Shown here piece after piece: positions 7,855 through 15,515 of a stretch of DNA of 24,000 nucleotides. The stretch comes from Anaerolineaceae bacterium UBA1363 (GTDB lineage Bacteria; Chloroflexota; Anaerolineae; Anaerolineales; Anaerolineaceae). A model generated the notes under the pieces. The model did no database searches, was not told where the DNA came from, and saw only the letters and a program-made list of their open reading frames with translations. The DNA lies in contig DBRR01000030.1 in NCBI GenBank assembly GCA_002306055.1, positions 69,316-93,315 of the forward strand. Direction: 5' to 3'. The position numbers were made by a program, and so were the translations under genes. The first letter of the stretch is position 1, and each line of letters begins with the position of its first letter.

Positions 7855-8961
7855 TCAGGCACGGGATGAGGTTTCAAGCGGGATTGTAGGAACTGCGCTG
7901 AAGGTGATCGCTTCGTTTTGCAGGTTTTGGTAGATCCGAAAATTGATCACATTTTGTGCCTTAACTAAAATATCATAATCCGGGGAGGTCACAAAATACA
8001 CGATCTCATAAACAAGCCCTGTCTGAGCAAATGATTGAAAGTGCGCCCGCGAAAAGCGCACATTTTCGAGGTCCTGGAAGGCATCCTCTATCAATTGAGG
8101 AATGATGGCGAGTTTTTCGGCAGGGGTGTTGTTGGCGATTTGGATGGTGAACGAAACACGCCTTTCCTGCAATCGGCTGAAATTCTGCAGTGGAGCTTTC
8201 AGCAGCTCCGAGTTGGAAATCGAAAGTTCTTCACCCGAAAGATTGCGAATTCGGGTGGATTTCAGGCCAATCTGCTCCACAGTCCCACTAAAATTACCTG
8301 TTTTGATGGAGTCGCCAGGTTCAAAAGGTTTATCGAGATGAATCGTCAGGCTGGAGAGCAGATCCGCCACCAGACTTTGGGCTGCGAGACCGATGGCGAT
8401 TCCGCCCACACCCAGGCTGGTGATAATGCTGGCGATATCGAAGTTGGGGATGCTCTGGAGGATGACAAGCGCCACAACCAGCCAGATCAGGATGCGAGCG
8501 ATAATCGCAATCCCGCGTAGCGAGGTGCGCCGCGAGTAGTCATCGCCAGGCAGTTTGGCGGATTGCTGATCAATCCAGTGGTCAACACTCAGATTAGCCC
8601 AGCGACCGACTTGGATGGTGAACAGGGCGATCAAAAGGATCCTCAGCAAGGCGCTGACCGTCGCAGAGATTTCGAGGAACCGTGATGAAATCCAGATAGC
8701 TGCAATCAAAGCCGTTGGAAGCATGAGCTGGCTGATCAAGCGCGTGAGTAGCTTAGGGTTAGCTTCGTTCCCAGCTTTTTTGCGAAAGACAGTCCTCAAA
8801 AGGAGAAGGACTGTTAGGATCACCGCAAGAACTAATAGTGCCTGCAGCCAGCGCAGGAGAGTATTACCGAGAAAGACCGTATCCATGCGGTTTATTGTAA
8901 CATCATGCAACGACTGAAAAGTCGCGAGGGTGGGCAAAGAACCCTTCCAGTGCCTGTACAT
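7855..8961 (-). CDS. Mechanosensitive ion channel family protein (MscS-like)
   Basis: Several TM helices are followed by the MscS beta-domain signature PFEPGDSIKTGNFSGTVEQIGLKSTRIRNLSGEELSISNSELL. The start is uncertain: neither the ATG at 8961 nor the in-frame ATG at 8886 has a clear RBS. Confidence 0.85.
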   Translation of the reverse strand: MYRHWKGSLPTLATFQSLHDVTINRMDTVFLGNTLLRWLQALLVLAVILTVLLLLRTVFRKKAGNEANPKLLTRLISQLMLPTALIAAIWISSRFLEISATVSALLRILLIALFTIQVGRWANLSVDHWIDQQSAKLPGDDYSRRTSLRGIAIIARILIWLVVALVILQSIPNFDIASIITSLGVGGIAIGLAAQSLVADLLSSLTIHLDKPFEPGDSIKTGNFSGTVEQIGLKSTRIRNLSGEELSISNSELLKAPLQNFSRLQERRVSFTIQIANNTPAEKLAIIPQLIEDAFQDLENVRFSRAHFQSFAQTGLVYEIVYFVTSPDYDILVKAQNVINFRIYQNLQNEAITFSAVPTIPLETSSRA

Positions 8962-9041
8962 GACCTGTGGGGAGGAGGCATAGTGATCAGGGTTTGCCGT
9001 ATAATTGACTCAAAGATACACACAAACACTCAGGACGTTCT

Positions 9042-9755
9042 ATGAGCAGGCAAGAAGCAAAATCTGAATATTTAGCCAAATATCGTTATCCGCGCAACCA
9101 GTTTCTGCGGGGTTTACTGCGAGGCGGGATCGGCTTCCTGGCGAAAATTTTAACTGACTATAAGGTCTATGGCACTGAGAATTTACCCAAGAAAGGTCCT
9201 TTGCTGATTGTGGGCAACCATTTCCATTTTTTGGACTCGATCGGTCCCATTCACAGCACGAAGTATCCCCTGGAGTTTATCGGCGATGCTGAAATGCCCA
9301 ACGCGCCAATGAGCGTGAAGCTCTTTCCGCGGCTTTGGGATACACTGCGAATCATGCAGGGCACGCCAAACCTGGCAGCTCTGCGCGCAGCCGAAGCAGT
9401 ATTGGCGCAGGACGGCGTTTTGGGGATCTTCCCGGAGGGTCACGTGCACAAGCCGCCTTTGGGCACCCCGCTACCGGGGGCAGCGTTTATGGCGCTGCGC
9501 CTGGGCGTTCCTATTCTCCCGATCGGCACTTTTAGCGAGGATGACTGGAATATCTTTGGCACTTTGAGGGAAAAAGGCCGTAAAACCCGCGTGGTAAGTC
9601 GCATAGGCACACCTTTTGGTCCGCTTGCTATCGGGGAACCCGGGAAGTTACCCGGACGGGATGAGGTCAAAGCTGCAGGGCAAGTGATCATGGAAAAAAT
9701 AGCCAGCTTGCTGCCCGCATCAGCCCGAGGTCCCTACACAGCAGACCTCTCCTGA
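9042..9755 (+). CDS. 1-acyl-sn-glycerol-3-phosphate (lysophospholipid) acyltransferase, PlsC family
   Basis: Contains the HX4D motif (VGNHFHFLD) and the FPEG motif (GIFPEGHV). At 237 aa, the size fits the family. Confidence 0.8.
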   Translation: MSRQEAKSEYLAKYRYPRNQFLRGLLRGGIGFLAKILTDYKVYGTENLPKKGPLLIVGNHFHFLDSIGPIHSTKYPLEFIGDAEMPNAPMSVKLFPRLWDTLRIMQGTPNLAALRAAEAVLAQDGVLGIFPEGHVHKPPLGTPLPGAAFMALRLGVPILPIGTFSEDDWNIFGTLREKGRKTRVVSRIGTPFGPLAIGEPGKLPGRDEVKAAGQVIMEKIASLLPASARGPYTADLS

Positions 9756-9837
9756 ATACATCAAAGATTAATGGAAAATCAACAATAGAAGGTTATTATA
9801 AAAATATTATTGAGCTGCTTTAGGCTGGATTGGATTT

Positions 9838-10782
9838 ATGGAATATAAGGATTATTACAAAACACTTGGTGTCAGCAAAACCGCCACTGAAGGCGAGATT
9901 AAAACCGCCTATCGGAAATTGGCGCGTCGGTATCATCCCGATGTGAACAAAGACCCGCAGGCAGAAGAAAAATTCAAAGAAGTCAATGAAGCCTATCAGG
10001 TGCTTTCGGATCCGGAAAAGCGCAAAAAGTATGACCAGTTTGGTTCAGAATGGCAGCGCTATCAATCTTCCGGCGGGCAACCAGGAGGTTTTGATTGGGG
10101 CAGATGGCAGCAGGCGCCGCAAGGTGGTCAGCGTGGCTACCGCACCGTTTCGCAGGAAGAGTTCAATGACATGTTCGGAGACCTTGGCGGCTTCTCGGAC
10201 TTCTTCAACACGCTTTTCGGGCAGGGCGGGTTTAGCGCGGGACCTACTTACAGCCGCAGCAGCCGATCTGCGCCACGAGCCGCGCAGAGAGCTCAGCCAA
10301 TGGAACACGAGGTCGAGATCACTCTCGAAGAAGCTTACTCGGGCACGAGCCGCATGCTGCAGTTCGAGGATGGCCGCAAAATTGAAGCCCGCATTCCACC
10401 GGGTGTCAGCACTGGTTCCAAAGTGCGCCTGAGTGGGCAGGCAGGCGGGGCAGACTTGTTTTTAAAGATAAAAGTGCTGCCGCATGATACTTTCACCCGT
10501 AAAGGAGATGATTTGTTCACGACAGTACCGGTGGACCTCTACACCGCCATCCTGGGGGGTGAGGTCAGCGTGGAAACGCTGGGCAAACCAGTCCGCCTGA
10601 CCATTCCTGAAGGGACTGACAGTGGGAAAACCCTGCGCCTCAAGGGGCTCGGTATGCCCAACCTCAAAAATCCCAGCAAACATGGCGACCTTTATGCCCG
10701 CATTGAAGTGCACCTGCCCGAACACCTGACACCTGCAGAGAAAGAGAAATTCCGCGAAATTCGCAATATGCGGCATGCTTAA
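9838..10782 (+). CDS. cbpA: J-domain co-chaperone lacking the zinc finger (CbpA-type DnaJ homologue)
   Basis: The N-terminal J domain (DYYKTLGV...[14 protein letters not shown]...) carries the HPD motif. It is followed by a G/F-rich linker and two C-terminal substrate-binding domains. There are no CxxCxGxG repeats. At 314 aa it is close to CbpA in size. Confidence 0.8.
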   Translation: MEYKDYYKTLGVSKTATEGEIKTAYRKLARRYHPDVNKDPQAEEKFKEVNEAYQVLSDPEKRKKYDQFGSEWQRYQSSGGQPGGFDWGRWQQAPQGGQRGYRTVSQEEFNDMFGDLGGFSDFFNTLFGQGGFSAGPTYSRSSRSAPRAAQRAQPMEHEVEITLEEAYSGTSRMLQFEDGRKIEARIPPGVSTGSKVRLSGQAGGADLFLKIKVLPHDTFTRKGDDLFTTVPVDLYTAILGGEVSVETLGKPVRLTIPEGTDSGKTLRLKGLGMPNLKNPSKHGDLYARIEVHLPEHLTPAEKEKFREIRNMRHA

Positions 10783-10849
10783 GCCCAGCCTTCTAATTAC
10801 GGCTGAGGGCGTGTTTGTTGCGGGTATAATTTAAAGGTTATCGAGTGCC

Positions 10850-11443
10850 ATGCCTGAATCATTCCGAAAAAATATCACTGTTTACGCTGGGTCGGCTGAT
10901 CACCTGAAACAGGTCTATTTGGATGCTGCCTGGTTGTTGGGTGAGACCCTGGCAAAACAAGGGCGCACGCTGGTCTTTGGAGCGGGTAAAACCGGTTTGA
11001 TGGGGGCGGTAGCGGATGGCGCCTTGGCGGCGGGGGGAAAGACCGTTGGGGTCATCAATGACGAACTCAACCTGCCTCACCTGGCGCATGCCGGCTTGAG
11101 CGAACTGGAGATCTTGCCGGACATTCATACACGGCAAGCGCGCATGACTCAATTGGCGGATGGCATCATTGCTCTGCCGGGCGGGTTTGGCACCTTCGCC
11201 GAGCTTTTCGAAGCGCTCACTTGGGCGCAGATCGGCTTGCACAATAAGCCCGTCGGACTGCTGAATGTGGCAGGATACTTCGATCCCCTCGTCGCGATGA
11301 TTGAGAAGGCGATTGAGGAAAACTACATTTACCCTGAGCATCGGGGGCTTTTTTATGTCACGGATGACCCTGCCTTGCTGCTGGCACTACTGGATGGTTT
11401 TACTCCATCCAATGGAATAAATCGTTGGGTGGAACGTCCATGA
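10850..11443 (+). CDS. LOG family protein (TIGR00730; nucleotide 5'-monophosphate nucleosidase / cytokinin riboside 5'-monophosphate phosphoribohydrolase family)
   Basis: Contains the GAGKTGLMGAVADGAL and PGGFGTFAELFEALTWAQIGLHNKPVGLLN motifs (PGGxGTxxE). Confidence 0.85.
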   Translation: MPESFRKNITVYAGSADHLKQVYLDAAWLLGETLAKQGRTLVFGAGKTGLMGAVADGALAAGGKTVGVINDELNLPHLAHAGLSELEILPDIHTRQARMTQLADGIIALPGGFGTFAELFEALTWAQIGLHNKPVGLLNVAGYFDPLVAMIEKAIEENYIYPEHRGLFYVTDDPALLLALLDGFTPSNGINRWVERP

Positions 11444-12105
11444 AGCCCGTTAGAACGCTACTAATTGACCTTGACGACACAACTTATCCAACCTCGGTCG
11501 GTGTGTGGCCAATCCTGACAGAGCGAGTGTCCCGATACATGCACGAGGTTGTGGGAATTCCAAAGGATGAGATTCCTGAAAAGCGTGAGCGCCTTTTTGA
11601 AGAGCATGGCACTACAATGCGCGGATTGAACATTGAATATGGCATTGATGTGCGCGATTATCTGCAATTTGTTCACGGAGTGGATCTTTCGAAGCAAATT
11701 CACCCTGATCAAAAGCTCAAAGCGGCTCTGAGTTCTTTACCGCAGGAAAAATGGATCTTCACCAATGCCAGCCGGCAGCATGCCAATAATGTGCTTGGGC
11801 TATTGGGCATCTCAGAGTTGTTCAAGGGTGTGATCGATGTGCTGGATACGGAACCGTGGTGCAAGCCGCACCCCGAGGCGTTCGAGATCGCGCTGAAGCT
11901 GGCAGGTGGACCTCTGCCAGAGGAAACCTTATTCGTGGACGATCTCGAAATCAATCTGGACACTGCCAGAGCCCTCGGGATTCAGACCTTGCGTGTGGCG
12001 GCTGAGAGGGTGGAGTCGAGCCATCCAGTCATCAAGAGTCTGACAGAACTGCCGCACTTTTTGTCGAATAATGGATTTAAACATGTTGAAGAACTGCCGT
12101 CATAA
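11440..12105 (+). CDS. Pyrimidine 5'-nucleotidase-type HAD hydrolase
   Basis: The preferred start is the ATG at 11440, which overlaps the LOG stop (ATGA). HAD motif I is LIDLDDTTY, motif II is FTNAS, the motif III Lys is in CKPHPEAF, and motif IV is FVDDLEINL. Confidence 0.8.
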   Translation: MKPVRTLLIDLDDTTYPTSVGVWPILTERVSRYMHEVVGIPKDEIPEKRERLFEEHGTTMRGLNIEYGIDVRDYLQFVHGVDLSKQIHPDQKLKAALSSLPQEKWIFTNASRQHANNVLGLLGISELFKGVIDVLDTEPWCKPHPEAFEIALKLAGGPLPEETLFVDDLEINLDTARALGIQTLRVAAERVESSHPVIKSLTELPHFLSNNGFKHVEELPS

Positions 12106-12129
12106 AGCGGCGGTTAAAATGGAGTTGTG

Positions 12130-13425
12130 ATGGAAAATAAAACTGTTCGTTCAATATTGTTGGTATTAGTCGCTGTGCTGTTGCTGGCAGGCACCTTTGC
12201 ACTTGGCTTTGGTACTGCCAGTGTTCTTCCAAAAAATCCAATCCGTCAGGCACTCGGCTATGACACCTGCGCGACGGTTGAACCGCAGATTGAGGGTGAA
12301 CAACCGCAGGTTGCAACCCCCAATAGTTATTGCCTGGACTATACCAGCGCATCTACCCCGGAGGATCTGAAAGGTCTCTTCGATCCTTTCTGGGAGAGTT
12401 GGAAGTTACTGCATGAGAACTTTGTGGACCAACCACTGGATGATGTCGCATTAATGCGCGGTGCTATCCAGGGCATGCTGGCAGCCACGGGCGACAAGCA
12501 CACCTCCTACATGGACCCGGAACAATTTAAACAGGCAAACACTGAGATGGAGGGTGAATACACCGGCATCGGCGCGTGGGTGGATACCACCGGCGATTAC
12601 GTGGAAATCATTTCGCCGATGAAGGGCTCTCCGGCTGAGGCTGCAGGCTTGCAGGCACAAGACAAAGTGATAGCTATTAATGGTGAAGACATGACTGGTA
12701 TCCCAGGGGATCTGGTTTTACAGAAAATACTGGGCCCTGCTGGTGATACAATCGTGCTGACCATCCGGCGCGGTGAAGAAACCTTTGATGTCTCAATAAC
12801 CCGGGCTGTCATCCAGATCCCGGTGGTGGAGTATGAGATGAGGGAGGATGGCGTTGGTTATGTGGCTCTCTACACTTTCAACGAGCTTGCTACCGAAAAA
12901 TTGCGGGAAGCTTTGAAGGATTTGCTGGCTCAGAACCCCAAAGGCATCGTATTTGACTTGCGCGGGAATGGTGGCGGCTATCTTGTAACTGCTGTTGAGG
13001 TTACATCCGAATTCCTGAAAGATGGTGTGGTGCTGTACGAGGAGTATGGCGACGGCACACGCGACTCTTATCCTGTAAAGAAAGGCGGGCTGGCTACGGA
13101 GATCCCGCTGGTAGTCTTGATCGATGAAGGGACCGCGTCGGCAGCGGAGATCACGGCTGGCGCACTGCAGGATTACGGACGGGCAAAACTGGTTGGCAAG
13201 ACCAGCTATGGCAAGGGCTCAGTACAAAACTGGATTCCCCTAAAGAGTGAAGAAAGTGGCGTGCGCATCACGATTGCGCGCTGGTTGACCCCGAATGGGA
13301 AACAGATCGACGGCGTTGGCCTGACACCGGACCTGGTCGTGGAATATACGCAGGAAGATTTCGATGCCGGTCGCGATCCGCAGCTTGATGCCGCGGTAGA
13401 GTTATTGCTCAGCGAATTGCCCTAA
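12130..13425 (+). CDS. S41 family C-terminal processing peptidase (Ctp/Prc-like) with PDZ domain
   Basis: N-terminal TM anchor, PDZ region (GIGAWV...ISPMKGSPAEAAGLQAQDKVIAING) and catalytic region (DLRGNGGGYL, GTASAAEI, SYGKGSVQ). GGAG lies 5 nt upstream of the ATG at 12130; a GTG at 12127 is an alternative start. Confidence 0.9.
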   Translation: MENKTVRSILLVLVAVLLLAGTFALGFGTASVLPKNPIRQALGYDTCATVEPQIEGEQPQVATPNSYCLDYTSASTPEDLKGLFDPFWESWKLLHENFVDQPLDDVALMRGAIQGMLAATGDKHTSYMDPEQFKQANTEMEGEYTGIGAWVDTTGDYVEIISPMKGSPAEAAGLQAQDKVIAINGEDMTGIPGDLVLQKILGPAGDTIVLTIRRGEETFDVSITRAVIQIPVVEYEMREDGVGYVALYTFNELATEKLREALKDLLAQNPKGIVFDLRGNGGGYLVTAVEVTSEFLKDGVVLYEEYGDGTRDSYPVKKGGLATEIPLVVLIDEGTASAAEITAGALQDYGRAKLVGKTSYGKGSVQNWIPLKSEESGVRITIARWLTPNGKQIDGVGLTPDLVVEYTQEDFDAGRDPQLDAAVELLLSELP

Positions 13426-13471
13426 AAAACGTTATGATTTATGAAGAATAATCGCGAATACGGAGAATACT

Positions 13472-14161
13472 ATGTACTTTGAATACTTCCTTTATATGAT
13501 CCCCGGACTATTGCTGAGCCTTTTTGCTCAGTCCAAAGTCAAATCTGCCTACAACAAGTGGAGCCAGGTGCGAAATTATCATAACCTGACGGGTTTGGAA
13601 ACTGCTGAGCAGCTCAAGCCGCGGGTGGGACTTGAAAATGTGAAGATCACCCGCACCAAGGGCACCTTAACGGATCACTATGACCCACGCGACGATACCC
13701 TGGCATTGTCGCCGGAAGTGGCCGATCAGCCTTCCGTAGCAGCAATGGCAATCACGGCGCACGAACTTGGACATGCAATGCAGGATAAGACCAGTTATGG
13801 CCCGATGCGCCTGCGCACCACGATTGTGCCGCTGGTGAGCTTTGGCTCGAACATTGGCATAATCCTGGTAATGATCGGCGTCTTGCTGAGCCTTTCGAAC
13901 CTGGCGACGATCGGCGTGGTGTTGTTTTCGTCCACGGCGGTTTTTTCGCTGGTCACATTACCCGTGGAGCTGGATGCGTCCAAACGCGCTCGCGCAATGC
14001 TGGACCAGACCGGGTTGGTCGCCAACGAGGAAGAACGCGTGGGTGTAAAACAGATGCTGGATGCCGCGGCGTGGACCTACGTGGCGGGGCTGGCGACATC
14101 ATTAATGCAGTTGCTGTATTACATTTCGGTGGCTGGACGCGCCAGCGGCAGACGGCGATAA
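13472..14161 (+). CDS. Zinc metallopeptidase, YugP family (Zn_peptidase_2)
   Basis: Contains HELGHAMQD, and the TM-flanked topology is typical of YugP. The GGAG RBS (13462-13465) sits 6 nt upstream of the ATG. Confidence 0.85.
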   Translation: MYFEYFLYMIPGLLLSLFAQSKVKSAYNKWSQVRNYHNLTGLETAEQLKPRVGLENVKITRTKGTLTDHYDPRDDTLALSPEVADQPSVAAMAITAHELGHAMQDKTSYGPMRLRTTIVPLVSFGSNIGIILVMIGVLLSLSNLATIGVVLFSSTAVFSLVTLPVELDASKRARAMLDQTGLVANEEERVGVKQMLDAAAWTYVAGLATSLMQLLYYISVAGRASGRRR

Positions 14162-14180
14162 TTTTATTGATTGTGAGAAG

Positions 14181-14205
14181 AGCCCCGGAAGAACCGGGGC
14201 TTTTT
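14181..14205 (+). terminator. Rho-independent terminator of the YugP-like gene
   Basis: AGCCCCGG-aagaa-CCGGGGCT is followed by TTTTC and begins 20 nt after the stop codon. Confidence 0.8.
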
Positions 14206-14215
14206 CATTAAAGAA

Positions 14216-14361
14216 GTAGGGTGGGTTGGCGTAAAGGAGCAGAGTGATTAAGAGGGTGTTTAAAAGCCAACCCACCGGTTGAATGTGAGGGGTTTGTGTT
14301 GGTGGGTTGGCTTTATCGAGGCAATGGTTGGTATGGGTTCTGTGACGCCAATCCACCCTAC
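14216..14361. repeat. Composite palindromic repeat, left copy (GTAGGGTGGGTTGGCGT ... ACGCCAATCCACCCTAC)
   Basis: The termini are inverted copies of a 17-mer. Internal GCCAACCCACC (14266-14276) and GGTGGGTTGGC (14301-14311) allow two 11-bp-stem hairpins. Its second half is 77/78 identical to 15166-15243. Confidence 0.85.
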
Positions 14362-14436
14362 AAAAAAGAAATATTAAACAAATCCAGTCAAAAAGACCAC
14401 GCCATTTCGGCACTTCAGTCTATTGATTGATGTGGC

Positions 14437-14988
14437 TTATTCCCCCCAATTGTCTGAATCTTCAAATTGATTCAGATCAGGTAACCAATCCTTGGGATAG
14501 TACCCTTTCTCTACGTAATAAGAGTAACTTGACCAATGCCAATGGGCTGGGTTGTCGGTGAAGCCGTGTTTGACAGGGTTGAAGTGAATATAGTTCAAAT
14601 GTCTTTCCAAGTCTCGTTCATCTTCGATAACGTGGTCCCAGAATCTACGCTGCCAGATTGTTGTCTCATGGTGTTTCTGGCGTGAAGAATTTGGTAAGGG
14701 CAGCAAAGGGTTAAATTTCTTGTAGCTTACAGAAAAAAGGCGTTTGAGTTCACGAATGGGTAGGGAAAAATTGGGATTTTCCAGTGACAGTTGGATTAAT
14801 AGATGAACATGATCCGGGAGTAGTGAATATGCGATGCATTCGTAGTGAAACTGATTAGTAATTTTGGTGAGTAGATTAAGAAATAATTCGGCAACCTGGG
14901 TATTCGAAAATATCGGTGAGCGGTTATAGGTAACGAGAGTAAATGCAACAATGGCATCAGGAATATAGAACCGATGATAGGTTGGCAC
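14437..14988 (-). CDS. rayT: REP-associated tyrosine transposase (RAYT; IS200/IS605-like Y1 HUH transposase)
   Basis: 183 aa with the HUH motif (LLPDHVHLLIQ), WQRRFWDH, and the catalytic-Tyr motif HLNYIHFNPVKHG. It is flanked by GTAG-headed palindromes. The start is a GTG with no RBS, and a TAAAAT box ends 7 nt upstream, so the start and leader are uncertain. Confidence 0.85.
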   Translation of the reverse strand: MPTYHRFYIPDAIVAFTLVTYNRSPIFSNTQVAELFLNLLTKITNQFHYECIAYSLLPDHVHLLIQLSLENPNFSLPIRELKRLFSVSYKKFNPLLPLPNSSRQKHHETTIWQRRFWDHVIEDERDLERHLNYIHFNPVKHGFTDNPAHWHWSSYSYYVEKGYYPKDWLPDLNQFEDSDNWGE

Positions 14989-15070
14989 AGTTTGAATTTT
15001 ACATTAATAATGTTTTTTGGAGTTTATGTTAATGGAAATAATGTTGATGGAAATAAGGAGTGCAAGCTGT

Positions 15071-15243
15071 GTAGGGTGGGTTGGCGTAAAGGAGCATGGG
15101 AATTAAGAGGGTGTTTAAAAGCCAACCCACCGATGGGATGCAAAAAATTTTGGTGGGTAGTTGAGTGTGAGGGGTTTGTGTTGGTGGGTTGGCTTTATCG
15201 AGGCAATGGTTGGTATGGGTTCTGTGACGCCAACCCACCCTAC
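15071..15243. repeat. Composite palindromic repeat, right copy (direct repeat of 14216-14361 with a 27-nt insertion in the linker)
   Basis: The first 63 nt differ from the left copy at about 4 positions (hand count). Linker: 34 nt here versus 7 nt in the left copy. The last 78 nt are 77/78 identical. It ends ACGCCAACCCACCCTAC (15227-15243). Confidence 0.85.
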
Positions 15244-15380
15244 GACTCAACGATTGGTATAGGTTCTGTGACGCCAACCCACCCTACGTCTCAACGATTG
15301 GTATAGGTTCTGTGACGCCAACCCACCCTACGACTACGACTCAACAATTGGTATGGGTTCTGTGACGCCAACCCACCCTT
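15200..15380. repeat. Tandem array of ~44-bp REP-arm units (4 copies; heads at 15243, 15287, 15331 and ~15380)
   Basis: The unit is ..CAACGATTGGTATAGGTTCTGTGACGCCAACCCACCCTAC. Copies 2 and 3 are exactly 44 bp. Copy 4 carries a 6-bp GACTAC duplication and a degenerate head (CCCTT). A relic GCCAACCCATACTAC lies at 15411-15425. Confidence 0.85.
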
Positions 15381-15515
15381 CAGCAAAGAAAATGTAGGTA
15401 TACACAACAAGCCAACCCATACTACACATGTAAAACCATCAAAATGATGCAAGCCACGTCCAACAAGCCGGTGGGCTCAGTTATAATTCCCTCATTAATC
15501 GAAAAGGAGTCAACC

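Larger units (their letters stand above)
14216..15380. mobile_element. REPtron-like unit: RAYT gene plus flanking cognate-looking REP composites and a tandem REP-arm array
   Basis: See the component features 14216-14361, 14437-14988, 15071-15243 and 15200-15380. Confidence 0.7.

Noticed and set aside
14102-14413. 103-aa minus-strand ORF, plus the related ORFs 14974-15306 (+) and 15029-15277 (-)
   Set aside because: They share peptide strings (RVDWRHRTHTNHCLDKANPPTQTPH...) only because they read through the two copies of the REP composite. They have no RBS, and their boundaries coincide with repeat boundaries.
14975-14995. REP-like GCCAACC(T)A(T)C string overlapping the RAYT start codon
   Set aside because: It matches the REP core at about 9 of 11 positions but lies within coding sequence that dictates MPTY. 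It could be chance, and there is no paired arm nearby.
15200-15380. Possible CRISPR array (regular ~44-bp periodicity)
   Set aside because: The whole 44-bp unit repeats, so there are no unique spacers between conserved repeats. There are only about 4 units, there are no cas genes, and the unit is simply the right arm of the RAYT-flanking REP.
15444-15515. N-terminal extensions proposed by the ORF track (pepF-like 15444; protease 5526; M20 21861; membrane protein 5456; nucleotidase 11425)
   Set aside because: In each case an internal ATG has a well-spaced GGAG/GAGGAG/AAGGAG RBS or a 4-nt overlap with the upstream stop. The longer start has no RBS, and for 5456 it sits inside a TATAAT box.
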